A DNA stretch of 64,000 nt from Ylistrum balloti. Its lineage: Eukaryota. The notes under the pieces were generated by a model. That model had not been told where the DNA came from. It ran no database searches and was given only the letters and a program-made list of their open reading frames with translations. The position numbers were made by a program, and so were the translations under genes. Location: the NCBI RefSeq assembly GCF_031769215.1, contig NW_026781965.1:2356001-2420000 (forward strand), in the 5' to 3' direction. Below, piece by piece: positions 54,501 to 64,000 of the stretch (within the stretch, counting starts at the first letter, position 1; each line of letters begins with the position of its first letter).

Positions 54501-56384
54501 ATTCGTAGGATTTTAAGAACAAGGTTATCACTATAAACATTGTAACACTATTACATATTCCACAGACAAATTGCAGGAAACCTTATTTAAAACATAAACA
54601 ATATGACATTTTTCATATTAACAGGTTTTATCAAGCAAATAGAAACAAAGCACTATTAAATGATTTAATGCATTCCTGTCCTGTAAGACTTGTATGCTTT
54701 AAAGGCAAAATTTGATTATGTTGAAAGTCGTGTACCTAATGAATAGAAACTATAATTCAACAACATGATCAACAATTTGTGATAAAAGGGTTTCTGAAAC
54801 CTGCACCATGTTTAATATTCTGACAACTGTCAATGTTGTACATTGATTGTAGGTATCACCATTAAACTATACTGTTACGTCTAGTAACAGCACTGAGTGT
54901 GCCAGAGACAAAAGTAATCCTTCATCTGCTGGAATCATCATCATGAAGACAAAAAACAAATGAAAACACAGCAAAAAATATATCAAATCAATACTTATGG
55001 TAATCATATAAAACTGTTTTCTGAAATACCCATGTTACAAGACCGGTAGTATTCATAGTTTAAAATAATACATAGTATTAACAAACCTTTGTATATTTCA
55101 GAAACAATTCACCTTTCACTGGAATTCACAATTTAATCAATTACTAGTGAACACTTGCTAATGTAGTGTTCAACCCTCTGGTTTGTATCTCAACATATTA
55201 AAGAAATATACCATGAGTTCAAACTTATCAAAATCAATCTATTTCACTAAATAAGCACGACATAATAATTACATTTTAACTGTGTACATTTTGCTCAAAT
55301 AACTTAAAACAGAACAAACAAAACTAGCTTTGAATGAAAATAAACAATGAATCAATAAAAATGTCTCAATTTGGTTTTCCAGAATCTTCATATCATTCGA
55401 ATTCAGGAAATACTAAAATATTTTACAGAGTTTTGTCCGGAATCAATATGACATATAAGAATAATCAATTTACCAACTGAACGGTATGATATAAAAATCT
55501 TTCAAATTTTGAGAATTAAATGTATTTACAAGTATTTAATTTGATTATTTGATCATTTTCAATTTAGATTGATCCATAATTAAGGATGTTTAATATTATG
55601 AACTTTCATGTGTCCAAGTTAATCCTAATACTGAAAATGGAATTGTTGAAACCAAAAAAAAAGCCACACAAAATTTAAACATGAAAATAATTCACACAGT
55701 TTGTAGTTGTCATCTTACAACAACTCCTGTAGATGCGTTGTTGTGGTAATGCATGAAATCATTGCATAGCTTTTCATCTGTGAAAATAATTCAATACTTT
55801 GCTCTTCAAATATAGCACTGCTTTAGCACTTGCGTATGATAATATTGAATTTCTTAAACAAGATGTGTCATGAATGCCAATTTCCTCTCAATCTGTTTGT
55901 AAGTGCAGTAGATAAGGCACAAATATTGGTTAATAAAAAGCTAATCTCTGAAAAATACAGCACATGCACAAAATTTACAACAGTCTCAGCTCCTTCCTCT
56001 CTATTGTCAATAAAAAATATATCTGTGCATGATAGGGTTACATATATATCATAAACACAATATCAGGGGATCATCATTACAATTTTGATCACAAAATTAA
56101 ATGTAATCAGTTTAACTGTGATGTTATTTACAATGTCACATGAAAATTCTCCAGGAAAACTTATCGCCTTGTGTCTACAAGCTATGTCATATCTAGGTAT
56201 CGATATATAATGGAAATAATGTGCAAAACTCGATAAAATCTTGAATGTTTATATCAACACTGCTTCATTACCTAATTAACTTATAGCTTCAGTAAGAGAA
56301 AAATCTACTGCTTTAATAGTGCAATTTTCACGTGTTGATCAGCTGTCCATTTGTACAACACCTACAACCACATTACAGGGGTGT

Positions 56385-59300
56385 CTAACCAAGGAGCTTG
56401 AACATGGCCTGACTGTCCACAACTGCCCCACAGCCCTCGTACTTTTTCAGCAGACTAGCCCAAATGTAGCTACTTCTTAGCAGAAACTTGTTGCCTGTTC
56501 AAAGAAAATTAAAATCAATAAACTCTCAATCGGTGAAATATCTTTAATGATAATATCCATAATTGACAAGTATTTATACATGCTGTGTTTGGAAGCACTT
56601 TGTCAAAAAATTAAGACATTATTCTGTACCTTAATCTCTATCGAAAATTATCAAGAGTTGTCCTGTTAGTATACAAATGACAGATACCTGCTCTATCATT
56701 ATTACTATTCAGTATTCTAAAATAAAGTTCTGAAACCAGGTGATTGTGGTTTGTAGATAGATTACCTAGGCAATTACTAGTCATTATCATGACTGGCAGC
56801 AAGGTAAGATTATCATAGGAATGATATATTTATAACATTACTTTGTATATGTTAGTAAGAAGTTGTAGAGATTGGTATAGGTAATTTGTGTTAAAAGTGA
56901 ATATGTATTTATTAACTGCCACTAGAGACAAAATGCCTTTGGTATTTTCAGGCAGAAATAACATGTAGCTTACCAATAAGAATTATACCCTTGTTGGCCC
57001 GAGTGAGAGCCACATTAACTTGACAGTGATCATCACTGACTCCTAAGTGATCCTCACACCATTTCCTACCGCTGTATCTGTCTATCTTAAACTGAGGCAA
57101 TGACCTGACAGTGCTGTAGATCACATAATCCCAATCACCACCTGAAATTTAAGTAGATTATCAATAGCCATTTTTACCACAAAAATTTAAAAGTCAATTC
57201 AGTCCTCAATAGCCCATGCTATGTAGGAATGATGTAATTCAGAATTTTGGTTTTAGGTAGTGTTTTTGGTTTTACTAAAAAAAAGCATAAACAGTTTACA
57301 CTCTTATAATGACAGAGAAAAAGGTGATCATAAGATTTAGTCTCGGGTGACCTAATACCGACGATGAACCAATGCTGAACTAGTGTGATATTTACCATGT
57401 GCAGAAAGGACATCAGAGACTTGGATATTCTTATGACCAGCATTCAACAGCATCTTCCTGATTGTCTCACACTGTACTTGATACTGGGTGAAAACAATGA
57501 CTTTGGACTCGGGTACACCATGACGACTCACTAACTTACAGGCTGTGGTTACCTAGAGTTAAAGCAGAGTCACTCAAATTAAATCAAATGCAGTCAACAA
57601 TTCAATTTCAATTAACGATTCAAAGAAAATCTTCTTTTTCGATCAATTTGTTAGTTAATTTTACATTAAAGGTACTTTGAATGTTGTTCTTTTAATGTTA
57701 AAATTTTTGAGGTTTTATCAAGGGGATGTATTTTCGCAGCACCTATAAAATCTAATATTTCACCTTCATTAATATTTATTTCAAGATATCTGTTTTTAAG
57801 AGCACTTACAAAATCTACTATTTTATCTTTATTCGTATTTATTTTCAAGATATCTTTTTTTTCATAGTTTCAATCCATCCTTAAAATTAGTGATAAATAG
57901 AACTACTCAGGACATCTACAGTAATTAACAAATTCTACAGAATTCCAACATATGAATTTAAACATTATGACTTTCTAAACATAAATATTTAATAATTGAT
58001 GATGACCCTGAGATAATTTTAGTTGTCACCAATTTCTAGCTCTTGTTTAATTCCCTGTATGAGTTTGATCACTTTTTGAGACAGGATGTCACAGGGTCAT
58101 GGGTACACTATATGACACAGCATAACAAAATCTTAACTGATATAATAGGTTATGAAAAAGGTTTTATGTTAACAGCACAGCTAATTATTTCAATAAACAT
58201 TCTGAACTGTATTACTTCTGATTATCTTCGTTGTGGTTTTTTGCTTCATTACCATTATTAAATGTGTACACAACAAATATAAACATACAGATTGGGTCAT
58301 AGTTTTGTCCTTTCCATTATTTTTATACAATACTGCTATTGGGTAAAAAGCAGAAAAGACATTTCTCAAATTTGATAGAATTTTGGATACTTCTTTCCTT
58401 ACATTATCCACAAGGAAGAGAAACTTAGGCAACTTTGAGTTAAATGAATTATTGAATAAACTTAAGATTTACTGTTTCATACGTACTGCAATATTAACTT
58501 CCATGATGTTAACATGTGAGAGCTCCAATCCCCTGTCGGTCCTGATTGTAACAGCCTCCTCCTTGCCTACCACATGACAGAAAACAAAGGGTAGGTTTGT
58601 CCCTGCTGGCCAGATATTCACTTTTCCTGGGACTCTCTGTTCAATGCTCCCGCGCTGAGGAGTATTTTCGTAGAAATGTTCAAACGGAAAAGATGCTATT
58701 CCTTCATGCTGTAAGATACAAATGCACATCGTCGTTTCATTACAAAACTAACAAATGCAAATGTGATTAAAGAAATCTCCAATACAGACACTTATATATA
58801 TATATATTTTATAAAAATACACAAATTCCCAAGAAGTATATGGAAAAACATTATTTCAAAGCTGAAGATTGTAAAAAAAGAAATGGCCTAGAAATGGTGT
58901 GATTATCTATTCAGTATAAATTTTGACATGAATTATCCAGAACTTCATCATGGCAAGACAAAATTTTTTTTACATAAATCTACTTCACCTAGCTCTTTTA
59001 TGGATAAACTTCAACTCATGCTCTTCAACAACTTATCTTTGCTGCACTCACCATACGGAAGTATTTTTTGAGCACCAGGGCCTTTTCAATGTATCGCTGC
59101 AGTAGAGAGGTTGTGAGACCTAGGACCTTGGCTGTTGGGCTATTGACTTTATGGGGTAGTTGAATAGCATCACCAAGAATTGTAACCTGTTTAGCATTTG
59201 TATGGTGGATCACAGGGGTCATAGCTTCGGCTTCAGAACACATACCACAGTCATCAATTATTATCTGTAAATTTCAATGAAATCATTATTCACTATTACA

Positions 59301-62300
59301 TGCCAAATAAACATATCTTTTTACAAATCAGTACACTTACAGATAGTCCCATTGACTCTGCCACATACAATATCATGAGCTAGTTGGGATTCTTCTGTTT
59401 ACAATTGTTAGCAAACAAATACACAAATATACATCCATTAAATCACAATGCATTAATAAAATCCACATTATTGGAAATATTTCTAATTCAAACACCTTCA
59501 AACACTTAACAATACTGACCCCATGAGGTCAATTTGATTAAACCAAACTGATATAGTTGATTCTGTATAAAACGTTTACAATTATTATTCTACTAAACAG
59601 TAAATACAAATACCTGTTCCACGGCGATGTTTGATAGCTTGGAACTGGCTGCTGTATCACAGGTACACAGGATGATTTCTGCCATGCCTATTTCTGCTGC
59701 TTCAGCATCAGCCTTCATTTGACAGTACTCCTCTACCTGATCAGGGGAGATATCATCAGGATACATCTTAAAAAGCATGTCATACTCATTGATAGTCTGA
59801 CTGTAAGAGTTGGAGCCTCGTCGGATGACATGATGTAGAGAAGTGTCATTTGGAGAAGGGGAATGAAACTCTTCTCCTAATGGTTTCTGTTCATTACTTG
59901 GAACTGTTGACCCTGGTATGGGAAATTCCTTTTGCTCTATTTCTTCACTATACACTCTCAGTATTTTTGGACACATCTTTCCAAGATTTTGCAAGTTTGC
60001 TGAATCAAAAAGTTTAGATATTACACAGATGAAGCATTTAAATCAATGTTATTAAACAATTGTCTATGATGTGAACCAAACTTGATACTTCCTCTTCTGT
60101 TTATTAAAATTAATCACTATATGGTAAATACTAATCAATGTAAACTGTAAACACGAAGCAAAAATACCTTGTACATTATTTAAAACATCTAGACATAACT
60201 AACATACAACGACCACAGATTTTGACATTTCACTGAATCAAGATAAAAAAGAAAACACTTTGAAAAAGAATAATGAAAAATTCCTATTTTGCTGCTTTTG
60301 AGTGTAAGAGTCTTCATCTTTACAATTTCTGTCTTTGATTAAAATCTCAAGAAGTCTCAAGAAGGATGTAATTATGGACACCACACTGAGGGCAGTCTGA
60401 CCTTATAATACATACCTGTTAATATGTCTATTGACTGATCTGTGGGACCACACACTAACACCTGATTTTTACGGCCTCCTGAGGCATTACGTCGGGAGAA
60501 TAAGTAAGCAATGTAGCTGGCAATGAGCGATTTGCCCGAGGCTACTGGACCCTGTATGGCAGTAAAGCGTTGTTGGAGACTCATTCTTACTGCGTCGGCT
60601 TGGTCATCAGAAAGTCTTGGCATTCCTGTCACTAGCAGTTGTAACAAAGCATCTACATCACTTTTACCTAAAAATTAAATAGGGAAGATTATCAAAACAG
60701 TGAATATCATCAAAAAATATTCATACTATATATCTTATTTGATGAAAGAATTTTTGACTAAATGTATTTTCATAGTATTTATCAATTCTTATTTTCATTA
60801 TTATACTTTTCTAAGGGTCTTTTTCAAAATCTTTATTTCATTAAGTTTGCTCTCCATTTCATGATCAGTTACAACACAGATTTATGGTTTCATAGACATG
60901 TTTTGTTCTTTTCCTGTTTTTTTTTAAAGATAAACTACCTTTCTTTTAACATATCCTGAGTTTAAAAACTAGAACATGCTAAATAAATATGTTTTTAACA
61001 AATTAGTAAACTTACTGATAGCCCCATTGACTCTGCCACATACAATATCATGAGCTAGTTGGGATGCTTCTGTTAGCAATTGTACAGAATATTCCATTAA
61101 CCTGAAATAAAAAACAAAGTAAACAACTGTATATCCATGAAATAACAATGACAATAAAAAACAAAGTAAACAAATGTATATCCATGAAATATTTCTCCAC
61201 TGAATTTAAGAATGAAATGCTGTAACAATTGTACCTAACAAAATATATACACTATGCATAGAACAAAGTAAGGAATGGAACACTAAGGGCTATAATAACT
61301 TGATAAAACAGATCCAATTATTTTAAGGTGATTCATTACATTCAGTATGTCAAACATTTGTTTATTCAAATCTAAAAACTCCCGTTGCCATTTACTATAT
61401 CAATAACATGTATATTATAGTTAGTCTTTTTATGACAAAATATGAAGTGGATCATACTTGTCCTATGGAGTTTCATCAATCTTATACAATGGAAAAAATG
61501 CAAGATTCTACTTATCACATAACTAAAGACACTTTTAAAAACATACATGAAAACAGCGTTCACCAGACTGACATCAAAATAAAATTTGCAATAATTTTAT
61601 TCCATATCACTATCTTTTGGTGATGTCACAATGAAGACAACACCATGACATCAATATGTAATGACACATGTATCAGGCAATCCTAGACCATCACATTATG
61701 AAGTATGTATCAAACATGTTCTTCAAGACAGACACAGGTATTAGACATGCCCAGACCAACACAAGTAACAGCATATGTATTACACAGGTCCCAGACTGAC
61801 ACAAGTAACAGCATATGGATTACACATGTCCCAGACCGACACAAGTAACAGCATATGTATTACACATGTCCCAGACTAACACAAGTAACAGCATATGTAT
61901 TACACATGTCCCAGACTAACACAAGTAACAGCATATGTATTACACATGTCCCAGACTAACACAAGTAACAGCATATGTATTACACATGTCCCAGACTGAC
62001 ACAAGTAACAGTATATGGATTACACATCTAACAGCACATGCATCACACATGTCCTAGATTCAGTTAAAAGCACATGCATTACAAATATCTCAAGACTGAA
62101 AATGTAATAGCACATGTATTACACATGTCCCAGACTAACACCTGTTACATCACATGAATTACGCATGTCCCAAACTGTCGCATGTAACAGCACATGCATC
62201 ACACGTCCCAGACTAAAACATGTAACATTACATCATTAGACTTAGTGTGCACTTTGTATGTCAAATGAATCACCTGGATATCTGATTAATACTATCAGAA

Positions 62301-64000
62301 ATTTTGTATATATATATATATATATAATTACCTGTCATGAGAGGTCTTAGGGATCCATTCCAAAGTACAATGAAGACTGCTGCCCTGGGCACCAAGTAAC
62401 TGTGAGGGAATGGTGGAACTGTTGTGCACAAGAACAATATTAACCACGACATTATCCTGGACTCTCTTGACTGACACAATCTGACAATGTCCTACCCAAC
62501 ATATGGGCATCCCATTGTTTACTGACAATGCAACACTCTCATTCAAGCTGGGATCATCTGCAACCTCCAAGTTGTTGTATCGCACACAAAGAAAGTTCCG
62601 AAAATAGCTTGATGCAAACTTAGCATTATCAGGTATGAAAATATCAATGACGTTGACATCATTCCTAATTATAAACTGGCGTTCCATACAGAAGATTAAT
62701 GGGACTGAAAAACTTGCAACAATCTTTGAGGATCCTGCCAACTTTTCCTCTTTCCATTCCATACACAGATTTTTAACCACAACAGATTGACTTGACGTTA
62801 CAGCATTATGAGCAGATTCTAATCCTAGAACAGGTAGCCATAATTGTTGGTAGGAAGCTACATCTGGATAGGCTGTGTTATCTGCTGGAGGAATGCAGTG
62901 TGCAGAAAAACATGTGAGTGGATCGTCTCGGTGCTCTAGACAGACTTCCAGTGAAGGAGTCAAACACAGTAACTGTAGAGAAGGTGTGATGAGGCCATTA
63001 CGTAATTGAGCTGTCATCTGTACCTGTACAACATCACAGGTAGACAGGGTCAATTTAAAGTCTGCATAGTGTTTAATCTTGCCATTTAACTTATTGCCTA
63101 CAGACACATCTACTACATATCCTTCACTCAGAGCTGCCTGTTTAACATGAGGCCGCACTGACATAACAGCACTTTGAAGCTTCAGCATGTTCTCCTCTCG
63201 GATAGCACTCAGTAACCTTTGCCATTGAAATGCTGGAATTCTGGATATAAACCTGCTAGGATTTAGGACTTCAGTTGACAAGTTAGATATATCCCTGGTA
63301 GCTTTGGGCAATAAATCATATAGGCGATCTTGCCATGTCAGTTGAACACTACCATTATCATCTAATATAGGTTTCTCAGAAGTATGCAATGAAGGTAGCT
63401 GGATTCTGTTCTCAGAGATATCACCAATGGTTTGAAAGCACAATTGAATGTTATTTTCATCAAGATTCTGTATGATTGGATGTAGTACAAGTGGACGGGC
63501 TTTAAGAGCAGAGCTCAGATAGAGACTATGTACTGCTTTATCATACGAATCAGAATGTCGACAAACTGTAGTCAGGTGTATACATAGAGACTGGATTTCT
63601 TGACGACTGTATACAGAAGGTTGGTCTTCAATAACTGCTGTAACCAGGCGTGCCACTGCCAGATCAGCATACCTAGTGATAGGCTTGGTGAAAGAGACAT
63701 ACGGAGAGAGATTAAGTGAACTATGTCCCTGGTTTAACACAGTAGTATCTCCAGAACAAACAAAGACAGGCGGGTTCTGGATTTCATGTAGTTTAGATAA
63801 AGCAAGCATCAGCTGTGGATGGTATTCTGGTTCTATAACATAACTTTGAGAGTAAGCAATTTCACCTGCATCTGCTGCTTGGCACAGGGATTCCCATAAA
63901 ACAGTTAACATCTCAAAGGGATCTTGTGGTTTCTTTCCCAACTGTCGGATGTAATTCATAATACAGGTGCAGGCTAACTTACAATTACAGGTAGCGGAAC
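56385..64000 (-). CDS. HELZ2: HELZ2-like protein (RNB domain + C-terminal UPF1-like SF1 helicase), 5'-partial
   Basis: Exons >64000-62332, 61101-61016, 60667-60416, 59999-59614, 59264-59052, 58708-58487, 57552-57396, 57141-56974, 56494-56385 are phase-consistent through to TAG. Motifs PITRYADL, QGPVASGKS, IIIDDCGMC, LGDAIQL, QVNVALTRA, GNKFLL. Confidence 0.9.
59336..59412 (-). other. Intronic copy of an upstream HELZ2-like exon with its splice donor
   Basis: Near-identical to 61011-61086 (attgactctgccacatacaatatcatgagctagttgggat). Confidence 0.9.
61735..62225. repeat. 40-bp intronic minisatellite
   Basis: Unit acaagtaacagcatatgtattacacatgtcccagactaac. Confidence 0.93.

Noticed and set aside
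57666-57848. 60-aa Lys/Ile-rich intronic ORF
   Set aside because: Low-complexity AT-rich sequence, no splice or family support

Overview
AT-rich animal genomic DNA with spliceosomal introns, most likely from a mollusc (bivalve-like SINE, Tc1, Harbinger and HERO repeats). There is no prokaryotic content and no CRISPR array. I assembled four spliced genes by hand, all on the minus strand, each with GT-AG junctions and consistent phases. (1) and (2) are two tandem, strongly diverged TPPP/p25-alpha paralogs at 5086-8825 and 16720-21163. (3) is a complete 12-exon SRP68 at 41976-49824. (4) is the 3' part of a HELZ2-like RNB + UPF1-like SF1 helicase gene (56385 to beyond 64000). Its frame is intact, but nuclease and ATPase motif residues are substituted, so it is a candidate double pseudo-enzyme and the best lead here. 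The rest of the window holds two Tc1 elements, an internally deleted PIF/Harbinger with both TIRs and a TTA TSD, a tRNA-derived V-type SINE, a HERO-like retrotransposon relic, a frameshifted FAMeT-domain exon, a decayed Ulp1+PHD fragment and about ten minisatellite arrays. Most long ORFs in the supplied track are artefacts of those arrays. All family assignments come from motif recognition, not database searches.
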